In this document: piece after piece, positions 30,806 through 41,048 of the stretch
How the letters are laid out: each line of letters starts with the position of its first letter
Position numbering within the stretch: the stretch's first letter is position 1
Assembly (NCBI GenBank): GCA_050950825.1
Contig: JBMNIH010000003.1
Coordinates: 224,001 to 288,000 of the forward strand
DNA from: Clostridia bacterium
Lineage (GTDB): Bacteria; Bacillota; Clostridia; JAAYHZ01
Direction: 5' to 3'
DNA length: 64,000 nt
Made by a program: the position numbers and the translations under genes
Notes under the pieces: generated by a model
The model's database searches: none
The model's input: the letters and a program-made list of their open reading frames with translations, nothing else
Told to the model about the DNA's origin: nothing

Positions 30806-33451
30806 TCATAGATTTTCCGCTCTTAACATGTCCATGATATTTTCGTCCTTTACCTTCGATCCGGAATAAAACATGGTAACTCCTACGATGGCAAACACCA
30901 CGATCACGGCGCCTATGACGCTCTTCCAAGGAATCGAGAAGGATATTTCGAAGGATCGGCCTAAAATTCGGTGCAACAGCCTCATAATGATATAGCTTAC
31001 GGGCAATCCGAAAAGCAACGCTTTAACACCGTAAAAAAGGCTTTCGTAGTAAAGCATTTTGTAAAAGCCTTTCGGCGTCATCCCTACCGACAGCATCATA
31101 CCGAATTCTCTTTTACGAAGCTGAATACCGGTGGAAACCGTATTGAATATGTTGGCAATGCATATGGCGGTAATCAATGCCACGAATCCGTAAAAGAACA
31201 CGTAAACGAAGGTCAAAAACCGCCTTTGCTCTCTGTGGTCCGCGTTGTAATCGATTACAAAAATCTCGTCTATGGATGTCCGGTCCTTGTATAGAAAGAT
31301 TTGATCCGACAATTCTTCCGAATCGGAGGTTCGAATATACAATTTCGGTTGAATGTTTCGGTACTTTTGCGGATACCCGGAATAAATGGCGTCAAAGGTC
31401 TCTTGGGAAATGAAAATTTGAATATTGTAAGGGTACCTCGGTATTTCCGTTCCTAAAGGCGCTTGCTCCGCCATGGCGGCAATTTCAATCTCCATTGTTA
31501 ATACGGATTGATCGGGAAGGAAGACAAGATTTAAAGAATCTCCTTTTTTCACATTCAAATACTCCGATCGAATGTATTGTTCTTTAGCTTTGATATTCGT
31601 TACGTTTAACAGAATGCCTTTCGGATTGTTCCCATCCTTCAACGAAGCCATGTCCGCGCCGACAAGACGAGCGTACTGCTCAAAAGCCTCCTCGTCCAAA
31701 GCGATCAGCTCCACGCCGAAATAGGTTTTTAACACTTTTTCTCCGTCTTCGTTTGTAAAGGTGCTGCTCATCTGATAATACCCGGCATCATACATTTCCT
31801 TTACTTTAGGAGCCAATATCTCTCCTTTTGTTTCCAGACTCCAATACAAGGTTTTTTGTACGGCGCTTTTTTCGACCTCTTTCATGCCTTGAATTCCTTT
31901 ATAAAACGCGAGGATATCCTCTTCGGTTTCTTGAGAGGTTACATGGACGGAAAGGTCGTAGGGCATGTTGTTGACGGCCAAAGCGGCGGATCGGTTCGTC
32001 ATGGAGGACAGGGAAGCCACCGATAAAAACAGCACGATGCTTAAAACCAAAGACAGAATCGTCGCTTTGTACCGCTTGTTGTTTCGTTTTAAGTTCTTTA
32101 ATGCCAATTCCGCTTCGAAGCCGAACAAGGCTTTTGTGATTCCCGTTGTTTTTACCGCCTTGGGCGTCAGCTTGATATCCTTGGTTTGGCGAATAGCGTC
32201 AATAGGAGAAATTTTCGACGCTCTTTTTGCCGGTACCCAAACGGATATGAACACCGTTACGGCGGACAAAAGGACGGATGCAACAATAGCCGGAAAGGAA
32301 ACCACCAAAGTGAACTTTTGGGTATCTCCTACCATGCCCGATATCAAAGGATGAAGAAGCTGCAAGGTAACACCGATCCCCAAGGTTCCGAAAAACAAAC
32401 CGATCGGTACGGCAATAAGCCCCGTCGCAAAGCCTTCAAAGTAGACGGAATTTCGTTTTTGTTTTTTCGTTGCCCCCACACTGGCCAACATCCCCAAATG
32501 CTTGCTGCGTTCCGATATGGAAATGGCAAAGGCATTGTAAATCAAGGATACGGAGCCTATCATAATGAGCAAAATGACAAAGCTCGCCAAGATATAGAAG
32601 GTGCTTAATAACCGTTCATCGGTAACCAGCATATGGTATCTTAACAAGGAGATATTGTATCCGGCTTTAAGAGGATCCATACCGGCCTCTTTCGCCATTC
32701 GTTCTCCCAATCGGAACAGATTTCTCGGCACCTTCTTGAAGGTCCCGTATACCGTAATTTTCGATTTGTCCACGGGGATCTCGTCATCCAAAAGAGTTAA
32801 CGCCGTATAGCCCGGCGACCAAAGGTATTCGGTAGAGGGCCGTTCCATGATTCCCGTGACGGTAAATTCGCGGGTGATACGAACCTTTATAGATTCTCCC
32901 TCTCTTTCTTCCGTTGGGGGTACATAGCTCCAAGATTGTCCCATGTAGGAATCGATATCCGGATGAAATCGATCGCCGATTTCCAAAGTGACAATGTCGC
33001 CGATTTTGTAAGGAATATCATCGTCTTCCGGCACGGAAATGACGATTTCATAAGAATTCTCAGGATACCTTCCCTCCAAAAGCTTGTAGTTGAAAATTTG
33101 AAACCCGTTTTCATCGAATCCTCTTACGAACCAATAGGGCTTGCTCTCGTTTTTACTTTCCGGAAAAAGAGCATACCCGATATCCGTTCCTTTCGATACC
33201 GTAAGCGATTTTCTTTTTCCCATTACCTCTTCGATTTGTACAATTTGCTCTTCCGTCAAAGAATTGTACAAAATGTGCCAATTTCCCGTTTCCTCAATGG
33301 TAATCCGCTGCAACAGGTTTAAAAAAGAAGAGGTAAAAGTAGCCACCGCCGTAATCATGCATACGGACAAAGCCACGCCGATAATGGTGACGAAGGTTCT
33401 CCTTTTGTTCAGCTTCATGTGGCGAACCGTCAATACGTTCATAATATTCAT
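30806..33451 (-). CDS. FtsX-like ABC transporter permease (two FtsX domains)
   Basis: NKRRT, IYNAFAISISER...GMLASVGAT, NTVSTGIQLRKREFGMM. Confidence 0.9.
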   Translation of the reverse strand: MNIMNVLTVRHMKLNKRRTFVTIIGVALSVCMITAVATFTSSFLNLLQRITIEETGNWHILYNSLTEEQIVQIEEVMGKRKSLTVSKGTDIGYALFPESKNESKPYWFVRGFDENGFQIFNYKLLEGRYPENSYEIVISVPEDDDIPYKIGDIVTLEIGDRFHPDIDSYMGQSWSYVPPTEEREGESIKVRITREFTVTGIMERPSTEYLWSPGYTALTLLDDEIPVDKSKITVYGTFKKVPRNLFRLGERMAKEAGMDPLKAGYNISLLRYHMLVTDERLLSTFYILASFVILLIMIGSVSLIYNAFAISISERSKHLGMLASVGATKKQKRNSVYFEGFATGLIAVPIGLFFGTLGIGVTLQLLHPLISGMVGDTQKFTLVVSFPAIVASVLLSAVTVFISVWVPAKRASKISPIDAIRQTKDIKLTPKAVKTTGITKALFGFEAELALKNLKRNNKRYKATILSLVLSIVLFLSVASLSSMTNRSAALAVNNMPYDLSVHVTSQETEEDILAFYKGIQGMKEVEKSAVQKTLYWSLETKGEILAPKVKEMYDAGYYQMSSTFTNEDGEKVLKTYFGVELIALDEEAFEQYARLVGADMASLKDGNNPKGILLNVTNIKAKEQYIRSEYLNVKKGDSLNLVFLPDQSVLTMEIEIAAMAEQAPLGTEIPRYPYNIQIFISQETFDAIYSGYPQKYRNIQPKLYIRTSDSEELSDQIFLYKDRTSIDEIFVIDYNADHREQRRFLTFVYVFFYGFVALITAICIANIFNTVSTGIQLRKREFGMMLSVGMTPKGFYKMLYYESLFYGVKALLFGLPVSYIIMRLLHRILGRSFEISFSIPWKSVIGAVIVVFAIVGVTMFYSGSKVKDENIMDMLRAENL

Positions 33452-34131
33452 GAGCGGATCACCTCGTCCTTGCAAATCCTTCCGTCTTCGATGGAAATGA
33501 TCCGATCCGCCTGCATGGCGATTCTCTCGTCATGGGTAATCACAATCAGTGTTTGGTTATACTTTTTATTCGAAAGCTTCAGCAAAGATAAAATCTCCGA
33601 TCCGCTTTTGCTGTCCAAGTTGCCGGTAGGCTCATCCGCCAAAACCAAGGCCGGGTTGTTGATTAAAGCCCGTCCGATGGACACCCGCTGCTGCTGTCCC
33701 CCGGACAATTGGTTCGGCAAATGCTCCAAGCGGTCTTTCAAATTCAAGGTTTTTAAAATCTCGTCCAAATAGCCGGAATCGATTTTTCGCCCGTCCAGCA
33801 ATAAGGGCAAAAGAATGTTTTCCCTTACGTTTAAAACCGGAATCAGGTTGTAGAACTGGTAGATAAGTCCGATTTGCCGTCTTCGGAATATAGCCAGCTT
33901 TGTTTCATCCAATTGAAAAATGTCGGTATTATCCACATACACTTTACCGGATGTAGGTCGGTCCACGCCTCCTATGATATGAAGCAAAGTGGACTTCCCG
34001 GACCCGGAAGGGCCGATGATGGCCACAAATTGTCCTTTTTCAACGGAAAAAGACACGTCGTTTAAAGCTTTTACCGCCGTTTCTCCTTTTCCGTATATTT
34101 TACTTATGTTCTCCACTCTTAAAATTTCCAA
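33448..34131 (-). CDS. ABC transporter ATP-binding protein (LolD/MacB-like)
   Basis: GPSGSGKS, LSGGQQQR, LADEPTGNLD. Confidence 0.95.
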   Translation of the reverse strand: MEILRVENISKIYGKGETAVKALNDVSFSVEKGQFVAIIGPSGSGKSTLLHIIGGVDRPTSGKVYVDNTDIFQLDETKLAIFRRRQIGLIYQFYNLIPVLNVRENILLPLLLDGRKIDSGYLDEILKTLNLKDRLEHLPNQLSGGQQQRVSIGRALINNPALVLADEPTGNLDSKSGSEILSLLKLSNKKYNQTLIVITHDERIAMQADRIISIEDGRICKDEVIRS

Positions 34132-34174
34132 ACGGTATCACTCTCCTTTGTATGAGACCATCCTACACGGCCCG

Positions 34175-34214
34175 TGTGACGATTCGGTGACAAATCCGGT
34201 GACATTTTCGTCAC
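34175..34214 (-). promoter_or_regulatory. Putative OmpR-family response regulator binding site
   Basis: GTGAC repeated at 34176, 34187 and 34199 (11-12 bp spacing) plus inverted GTCAC, between the kinase and the ABC genes. Confidence 0.6.
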
Positions 34215-34226
34215 TTGATAAAAAGA

Positions 34227-35234
34227 CTAAATGATATTCTTGTAAAACCGTAAGGTAAAGCAAGATCCCTTCCCCGCTTCGCTTCGTACCTCGATGGTTC
34301 CCCCTTGCTTTTCGACAATAGCCTTGGCCATAGCCAGCCCGATTCCCACGCTGTCTTTAGTGGAGCGGGACGACTTAAAGAATCGTTCGAACAGTCGAGG
34401 AAGGTCTTCCTTCGAAATCCCTTCTCCGTTGTCTTCCACGGATACGGATGTAAAAAGAGGAGTTTCTTCGTACCGAATCGTAATCTCGCCTCCTCGCGGT
34501 GTATGCTCAATGCTGTTTTTCACGATATTCGCCAATGCCTCGCATGTCCATTGAAAATCTCCGGTAAATCCCGCATTCTCGTCTCCTGTAATGGTCAGCT
34601 TTTGGTCCTTTAAATCGGCAAGAATCAATAAATGAGAGACGGACCGGCGAACCAGCTCTTTCACCGAGATCGGTTCTTTTTTAAACGTCACCGCGTCGGC
34701 GTCCATTTTCGAAAGCTTTAAAAGAGAGGAAACAAGCCATTGCAAGCGGTCCAGCTGCTGTCTTACGTTTTTCGTAAATTCCATTCTCTTTTCCAAAGGC
34801 AGGCTCTTATCCATTAAAAGGTCCGCCATGACCGTCATGGAGGTAAGTGGAGTCTTGATCTGATGGGAAATGTCGGACAGAACATCGGAAAGAAAGCGTT
34901 TATCCTTTTTTAAGGCTTCCGCCTGCTCGTAAAGAGTTACCGTAACCTTGTAAATTTCGTTCTTTAATATGCTAAGCTCGCCTTCCGTATTGTCCCGCAC
35001 GTCCAGTTGAAAATCCCCTTTGGCGATTTGTCTTAAATAGGCGGACAACCGCCGTATTTCCCTGTATCGACGGAAAGTAAACAATAGAAAGCAAAAGATA
35101 ATCAAGAAAGATAAGACCAAAAGCAGCCAAGCCGCATCAGGATAAAGAAAAAGACACGCAATCGTACCCCCTGCAACGAGTAGAATAACGATCAAGCAAA
35201 ATATTTTAATTTCTCTATTTCGAAGCATAGCCAC
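34227..35234 (-). CDS. Sensor histidine kinase (intramembrane-sensing type)
   Basis: Two adjacent TM helices; SHQIKTPL, NSIEH, DNGEGI and GIGLA boxes. Confidence 0.93.
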   Translation of the reverse strand: MAMLRNREIKIFCLIVILLVAGGTIACLFLYPDAAWLLLVLSFLIIFCFLLFTFRRYREIRRLSAYLRQIAKGDFQLDVRDNTEGELSILKNEIYKVTVTLYEQAEALKKDKRFLSDVLSDISHQIKTPLTSMTVMADLLMDKSLPLEKRMEFTKNVRQQLDRLQWLVSSLLKLSKMDADAVTFKKEPISVKELVRRSVSHLLILADLKDQKLTITGDENAGFTGDFQWTCEALANIVKNSIEHTPRGGEITIRYEETPLFTSVSVEDNGEGISKEDLPRLFERFFKSSRSTKDSVGIGLAMAKAIVEKQGGTIEVRSEAGKGSCFTLRFYKNII

Positions 35235-35247
35235 ACTCTTATTTATA

Positions 35248-35943
35248 TTATTTTTCCGTCATGTAGCCGATCCCTCTTACGGTCTTGATGACGGTAGGGT
35301 TTTTCGGATCGTCCTCGATCTTTTCACGAAGACGCTTGATATATACGGTTAAGGTGTTGTCATTGACGTAGTCCCCGGCAATATCCCACATGTCCTCCAA
35401 AAGCTTTCCTCGAGTCATGATTTGCCCGGGTCTTGAAGCCAATATTAATAGGAGGCGGTATTCCATGGCCGTAAGCAAGATTTCTTCTCCGTTTTTATAC
35501 ACCTTCCCTTGGCCCGTGTGAACGGTGACATTTCCCAAGGAAATAACGGAAGGGGCTCCGCTTTCCGCCTTGTATCGCCGAAGGACCGATTTGATACGGG
35601 ACAAAAGCTCCCGAAGCCGAAACGGTTTGGAGACGTAGTCGTCGGCCCCCATATCCAACCCCATCACCACGTTGACCTCATCGTCGGAGGCGGTTAGAAA
35701 AATCACCGGAATCTCGTGTTTTTCCTTAATCCGCTTACACAAATCGTACCCGTTTCCGTCCGGCAAGGATACGTCCAAAATCGCCAAGTCGAAGGGCTTG
35801 TCGTTTATGACCGACAGCGCCGATTTATAGTTTTCACAAGTATATACGGTATATCCTTCCTCCTTTAGGGAGTAGGTAAGACCCGTAGATATGACCGGGT
35901 CGTCTTCAACGAATAATATGGCCGTTCGGTTCATCCTTATCAC
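35248..35943 (-). CDS. OmpR family response regulator
   Basis: VEDD, ILDVSLPDG, GADDYVSKPF, TVRGIGY. Confidence 0.95.
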   Translation of the reverse strand: MIRMNRTAILFVEDDPVISTGLTYSLKEEGYTVYTCENYKSALSVINDKPFDLAILDVSLPDGNGYDLCKRIKEKHEIPVIFLTASDDEVNVVMGLDMGADDYVSKPFRLRELLSRIKSVLRRYKAESGAPSVISLGNVTVHTGQGKVYKNGEEILLTAMEYRLLLILASRPGQIMTRGKLLEDMWDIAGDYVNDNTLTVYIKRLREKIEDDPKNPTVIKTVRGIGYMTEK

Positions 35944-36168
35944 TCAACATTTCTATACCTATTTTAAAGTTTTTTATTCCGCCTTTTAAATATATCATAC
36001 CGCCGGCAATACAACAAGAAACAAGGAAGTGCCCGTCAATTCTTAATATTTATCCCGATTTTCATGGAAATGCATATAAATTTACCTTATTCCGCCGTTT
36101 ACGATAATCTTTATCTTTCCTCCTTCGTCAAACTCCCTCCGATGCCTTCACCGTACCGTTTTCAGCTA

Positions 36169-36197
36169 TTGACTAAATGACCCGGTTGTAGTATGAT
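36169..36197 (+). promoter_or_regulatory. Sigma-A promoter of the CNNM/hemolysin gene leader
   Basis: TTGACT-17 nt-TATGAT. Confidence 0.7.
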
Positions 36198-36231
36198 TAC
36201 TCGTACTAAGATAGGAGTGAATCTTTAATCA

Positions 36232-36408
36232 ATGGACGACTCGCCTTTACCTGAGCGATGTACTGTTACTAAAATTTTTGGCGGATATAGCAAATATATA
36301 AGTAAATATGGAACCATAAAAAGCACGAGAACATTTTGGGTTTATTCGACCATGTTTTTGTGCTTTTTTTGTATAAAAATAGGCGTGAAGAGCTGTGCAT
36401 ATGAATAA
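36232..36408 (+). CDS. Putative leader peptide, 58 aa (MDDSPLPERC...)
   Basis: AGGAG RBS, ATG at 36232, open to TAA at 36408; the frame crosses a terminator. Confidence 0.45.
   Translation: MDDSPLPERCTVTKIFGGYSKYISKYGTIKSTRTFWVYSTMFLCFFCIKIGVKSCAYE
36318..36370 (+). terminator. Terminator within the leader
   Basis: AAAAAGCACGAGAACAT / ATGTTTTTGTGCTTTTT stem (with G-U pairs) followed by a T run. Confidence 0.65.
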
Positions 36409-36481
36409 CCGTAGAACGGGGTACACTCTCATTATTGGCACAATGATTCATTGTGATACGAAAATTTAGGAGGTTTTTTCT

Positions 36482-37888
36482 TTGTCAGACGATGGCTCTA
36501 TTTTTTGGCAACTGCTGTTTCAATTGTTTTTGATATTAGTCAATGCAATATTTGCCAGTGCTGAAATTGCCGTTCTTTCTACGAATGAGAATAAGATCGC
36601 ACGACTGTCGGCGGAAGGCGACAAACGTGCATCGAAGTTGAACAATTTAACAAATCAACCTGCACGTTTCTTGGCAACCATTCAAGTAGGTATTACCCTT
36701 GCCGGCTTTTTAGCCAGCGCTTTTGCCGCGGATAACTTCTCGGACAGAATCGTGCACAGATTATTGGAGTTAGGGGTCAAAATGCCGCAAGCCACCTTAA
36801 ACAACATTGTGGTTGTGTTGATTACGCTCCTTTTGTCCTACTTCATGCTGGTGTTCGGAGAACTGGTGCCGAAGCGGATCGCCATGCGTAACGCCGAAAA
36901 ATTAAGCTTGGGCTTGTCCGGAATGCTCTACGGCTTATCGAAAATATTCTTTCCCTTGGTGGCGCTCCTGACCGTATCCACAAACGGTGTCTTAAGGTTA
37001 TTGGGCATTGATCCGGAAGCGGCGGATAACAACATATCCGAAGAAGAAATCCGTATGATGGTGGATGAAGGTACCGAAAAAGGGGCCGTAACCCACACGG
37101 AAAAAGAAATGATTCAGAATGTTTTCGAGTTCGACGACAAAACCGCCGAGGAGGTTATGACCCACCGAACCGAGGTGGTGGTATTGTGGTTGGACGAAAC
37201 TCCCGAACAGTGGGATGAAACCATAACCGAAAGTCGACATACCATTTATCCCGTTTGTGACGAAACCATGGATAATGTCATCGGAATTTTAAACATAAAA
37301 GATTACTACAGATTGAAAGACAAATCCAGAGACAGCGTATTGAAAAATGCCGTGAAACCGGCTTACTTTGTACCGGAAACCGTGAAAACCGACGTTTTAT
37401 TCCGCAATATGAAGGCTACTCGCAACCACTTCGCAATCGTGTTGGACGAATACGGCGGTATGAACGGTATCATCACCATGAACGACCTTTTGGAGCAGCT
37501 GGTAGGCGACTTGGGAGACGATCACCCGGAAGTGGAAATCGAACCGGAAATCGAGCGTATCGACTCAAGGACTTGGAAAATACTCGGATTCGTTCCCTTG
37601 GAAAGAGTCTCCGAGCAGCTGGGAGTTCTCCTTCCCGTAGACGACTTCGAAACCTTCGGCGGGTTTGTATTCGGCGAGTTGGGTTATGTTCCGGATGACG
37701 GGGCTACCCCGGAGCTGGAAGCCTTCGGGTTATCCATTAAGGTTCTTGAAATTACGGACCACCAAATGATAAAAGCGGTGGTTTACGTACAGGAACAGCC
37801 CGACGAAGAATTAGCCGGTGAAAAGCAAGAAAAAAGATCGGAAAGACCCGGCCGAAAGGAAAAGACGGGAGAATTGATAGACGCATAA
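36482..37888 (+). CDS. Hemolysin-family CNNM/CorC-HlyC protein (DUF21, CBS pair, CorC)
   Basis: FASAEIA, TIQVGIT, FGELVPKRIA, VMTHRT, LDEYGG, ETFGGFV. TTG start after AGGAGG. Confidence 0.93.
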   Translation: MSDDGSIFWQLLFQLFLILVNAIFASAEIAVLSTNENKIARLSAEGDKRASKLNNLTNQPARFLATIQVGITLAGFLASAFAADNFSDRIVHRLLELGVKMPQATLNNIVVVLITLLLSYFMLVFGELVPKRIAMRNAEKLSLGLSGMLYGLSKIFFPLVALLTVSTNGVLRLLGIDPEAADNNISEEEIRMMVDEGTEKGAVTHTEKEMIQNVFEFDDKTAEEVMTHRTEVVVLWLDETPEQWDETITESRHTIYPVCDETMDNVIGILNIKDYYRLKDKSRDSVLKNAVKPAYFVPETVKTDVLFRNMKATRNHFAIVLDEYGGMNGIITMNDLLEQLVGDLGDDHPEVEIEPEIERIDSRTWKILGFVPLERVSEQLGVLLPVDDFETFGGFVFGELGYVPDDGATPELEAFGLSIKVLEITDHQMIKAVVYVQEQPDEELAGEKQEKRSERPGRKEKTGELIDA

Positions 37889-37911
37889 CAATAATTGTAC
37901 AAAATAAAACA

Positions 37912-37942
37912 GCCTTTACAGTTTATAATGTAAAGGCTTTTT
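37912..37942. terminator. Bidirectional terminator
   Basis: GCCTTTACA / TGTAAAGGC stem with T tract. Confidence 0.7.
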
Positions 37943-37957
37943 TATATTCTTCATTTC

Positions 37958-38482
37958 CTATATATGATGTTCGTTTATCTTTGTCTCACTGATTCGTGTC
38001 AGCAGTTCGTTTAGAAGAACCATTCCTTTTACGATGTCGTTAATCACACCGATATCCGATTCTTCCAATATCTTTTGCAGCTTCATCATCAACGTTTTGT
38101 CGATATCGTCGGCAATACTCCTGCCGTATTCCGTGAGATCCACCATCACCATACGTTCATCCGAGGGATCTCTTCTACGAACGACCAAGCCTTGGTCTTC
38201 CATTCTCTTGCACATGGCAGACAAGTTGGCTCCCGCCACGGCAACGCTTTCCGCCAAATTGCCGATGGATTTCGGGCCGTAATGATGCAATTCGGTAATG
38301 ATTCTTCCCTGCATCATGGTCAGTCCGTACTTTTCGCACAAAGGAGAAAAAGCCTTATTCGTATTATCCTTAATGATACGGGTATTTTCCCATAAAATGT
38401 TCCTGACTTCTTCCGTATTCACTATTACACCCGGTTTTTTCAATTCTTGGTAGTAACAAGATTGATTAACCGAGCTTGTCAC
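37958..38482 (-). CDS. MarR family regulator (start uncertain)
   Basis: GLTMMQ...GLVVRRRDPSDERMVMVDLTEYG. Confidence 0.88.
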   Translation of the reverse strand: MTSSVNQSCYYQELKKPGVIVNTEEVRNILWENTRIIKDNTNKAFSPLCEKYGLTMMQGRIITELHHYGPKSIGNLAESVAVAGANLSAMCKRMEDQGLVVRRRDPSDERMVMVDLTEYGRSIADDIDKTLMMKLQKILEESDIGVINDIVKGMVLLNELLTRISETKINEHHI

Positions 38483-38612
38483 CGCCTTTCTTTTATGATT
38501 CTCTTTATTTGATTCTCTTCATATTCCTACGGATTGAGACTAAGTAGAAGTGTGAGCCGTTATATAATATATAATATAGGGAATGAAAGTCGGATTGTCA
38601 AATTTCCTATCC

Positions 38613-39419
38613 TCATTTATCCGCAGGTATTGTGAACTTCTCAAAAATGACCCCGTGAACGTCCTTCGGAAGGCTATGAAACTCTTCCGGACTTGTGACG
38701 GTCCAAAGCACGATCAAAGGGTTAAAAAAGGTCTTAACCAACCAAAAGCCTAGAGACTTGTCTTTATTTCTGTATGCTATAAAATCCGGTCCGGACAGGC
38801 AGTTTACCAAAAGGTTTTTCATTGCAATGGCACCGATAATCGATATTGTCCTGTTTTTTATAAAATCCATGGACAACTGCCCTCTTATTATATCCGGACG
38901 ATTGTTTTTAAACCACCGAATAACAAAAGGACTAAAGGACTCCACATAAATCTTCCCTTTATACCTGTCTATAGCCTCGCAAACCGCCGGGCACGCCCGC
39001 AAATCTTTTTCGCCTCTTTGGGTTTTGACCTCCAAAATCACCGGTACATCTTCCAACAGCCCTAAGACATCTTCCAAAAGAGGGATACGATCGACACCGC
39101 CTTTTAAAGGATACTGCAGCAGTTCTTCGTATGTTAAGTCGTCGACCTTTTTCTTAACACCGCACATCCTTTCAAGATCATTGTCGTGGAAAACCACAAG
39201 CTTTTGATCCTTCGTAAGCTGTACATCCAGTTCCACACCGTATCCACGGTTTTTCGCCCGCCGAAAAGCTTCCATAGAATTTTCCGGAACGGTATCGTCA
39301 TGCAGTCCTCTGTGGGCAAAATATTTCGTTTCCAAGGACTCCGTTCTTCTTTTCCCGGGCTTCACCAAAAACAACACCAAGCAAAAGATTAACAGCAGAA
39401 CCGCAATAAATATATGCAA
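38613..39419 (-). CDS. Glycerophosphodiester phosphodiesterase, membrane-anchored
   Basis: AHRGLH...PENS, ELDVQLTKD, VFHD; N-terminal hydrophobic helix. Confidence 0.92.
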   Translation of the reverse strand: MHIFIAVLLLIFCLVLFLVKPGKRRTESLETKYFAHRGLHDDTVPENSMEAFRRAKNRGYGVELDVQLTKDQKLVVFHDNDLERMCGVKKKVDDLTYEELLQYPLKGGVDRIPLLEDVLGLLEDVPVILEVKTQRGEKDLRACPAVCEAIDRYKGKIYVESFSPFVIRWFKNNRPDIIRGQLSMDFIKNRTISIIGAIAMKNLLVNCLSGPDFIAYRNKDKSLGFWLVKTFFNPLIVLWTVTSPEEFHSLPKDVHGVIFEKFTIPADK

Positions 39420-39439
39420 ACCTCTTCACATCCCTCCTA

Positions 39440-40723
39440 TCAATCCAATCCATCCGGCATGGTCAATTTGTCTTTCGGAGGTACCGGCTTGCTGTCGCCG
39501 TGCCGCACTGCCGTCATGGTTAAAAAGGCCAATGCCATGAACACCGCCGCATAGGGGAACAAGGTGCGGTATCCGACAAATTCCAGCAGCGCTCCGGATA
39601 ATATGGGCGTCAGTATCTGAGCCGCCATGGAGAAGGTGTAATAATATCCCGTATATTTGCCAATATCCGATCCTTTGGACATTTCGACCACCATCGGATA
39701 AGAGTTTACGTTGATTAAAGCCCACCCTACGCCGATAAATACAAGAAGAATATTCATGGAGGGTTTGTATTCGGTGTATGTAAAGGCCAAGGAGAAGCAT
39801 ACAAACATCAAAAGAATCCCCAACATGATGGTCTTTTTTCTTCCGATTTTCGATGCTATCAAACCGGAAGGGATGTAGGTAATGATAGCCGCTGCCGTAG
39901 CCAGAAGCATTTTTCCTGCAAATCCGCCTCCTTCAAGCTTCAAAAAATCCTGGGCGTACTTGGAGAAAGCGGTGGTAACCGCGTTGTAAGCCATAAACCA
40001 AAACGATATGGATACCAATATGAATGCCAGGCTTCGGAAAACGTCCTTAGGAAGCTTGGATGATTCGCTTGTTGTCTTTTCTTCCTCGTTTTTCGGTTCC
40101 TCCCGGTCCAAGCCTTCGATGGTATGAAGAAGCTTGTTTTCATTTACCGTAAATATCAATATGACAACAGCCAATACCATCAAAGCGGCAATGCAGGCGA
40201 ACAAAGGCAGGTAATTGGGTTTGTCGACTTTTTTCACCAAAAAAGATATCAAAACCAACGATACCATACCGCCTACGGCTCCCATCAAATTAATAATGGC
40301 GTTGGCCTTTGACCTTAACGGCTTGGGCGTCAAATCCGGCATCAGCGCTACTGCCGGGGATCGGTAAGTGCCCATGGCAACCAAGGTTAAGAATAAAGCG
40401 ATAATGAACATGGGAAGATTCACCTTGTTATCGCTTACGGGCAATAATATCATGAAAACAACCGCCATTGCCGTTCCGCCGATAATGAACGGCATACGCT
40501 TCCCGATAGGCGTTTTAACCTTATCCGACAGCGCACCGAACAAAGGAAGCAAAAATAGGGCCATCACGTTATCTGCAGCCATAACCGCACCGGCTACGGT
40601 ATCCCCGATTTTAAATGTGTTTTTTAATATCAAGGGAACGATACTGTCATACAACTGCCAAAAAGCGCAAATGGAAAGAAACGCAAATCCGATAAAGAAA
40701 GTCCGTTTGTAATTCAGCTTCAT
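39440..40723 (-). CDS. MFS transporter (sugar/SLC45-like)
   Basis: GALSDKVKTPIGKRMPF, ALMPD; about 12 TM segments. Confidence 0.88.
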   Translation of the reverse strand: MKLNYKRTFFIGFAFLSICAFWQLYDSIVPLILKNTFKIGDTVAGAVMAADNVMALFLLPLFGALSDKVKTPIGKRMPFIIGGTAMAVVFMILLPVSDNKVNLPMFIIALFLTLVAMGTYRSPAVALMPDLTPKPLRSKANAIINLMGAVGGMVSLVLISFLVKKVDKPNYLPLFACIAALMVLAVVILIFTVNENKLLHTIEGLDREEPKNEEEKTTSESSKLPKDVFRSLAFILVSISFWFMAYNAVTTAFSKYAQDFLKLEGGGFAGKMLLATAAAIITYIPSGLIASKIGRKKTIMLGILLMFVCFSLAFTYTEYKPSMNILLVFIGVGWALINVNSYPMVVEMSKGSDIGKYTGYYYTFSMAAQILTPILSGALLEFVGYRTLFPYAAVFMALAFLTMTAVRHGDSKPVPPKDKLTMPDGLD

Positions 40724-41007
40724 TGATTTGTTCTCCTTTGATGGTCTTTCATTTTTAATTATACATAAGGCAGATAAAGCTTGCTTTTTGGTGAGTATAT
40801 ATAATGCTATTATGTATAAACTTACTATATCATAAATTTATTCGTTTGTGCTATAACTATATAATAAAATTTCAACATTTTTTGACTTTATGTCTAACAT
40901 GATTAAACAGGTTAACCGATTGTTTTTTATCGGGTAATGCCGGGTTCTTGTTATATTATGAATTTCTTAAACCGGGTAAGCGAATATTGCATCCCCGATT
41001 GTACCGT

Positions 41008-41043
41008 AAAAAAAGATGATTTCGAAAGAGAAATCATCTTTTT
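41008..41043 (-). terminator. Intrinsic terminator
   Basis: AAAAAGATGATTTC / GAAATCATCTTTTT. Confidence 0.7.
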
Positions 41044-41048
41044 ATTCC

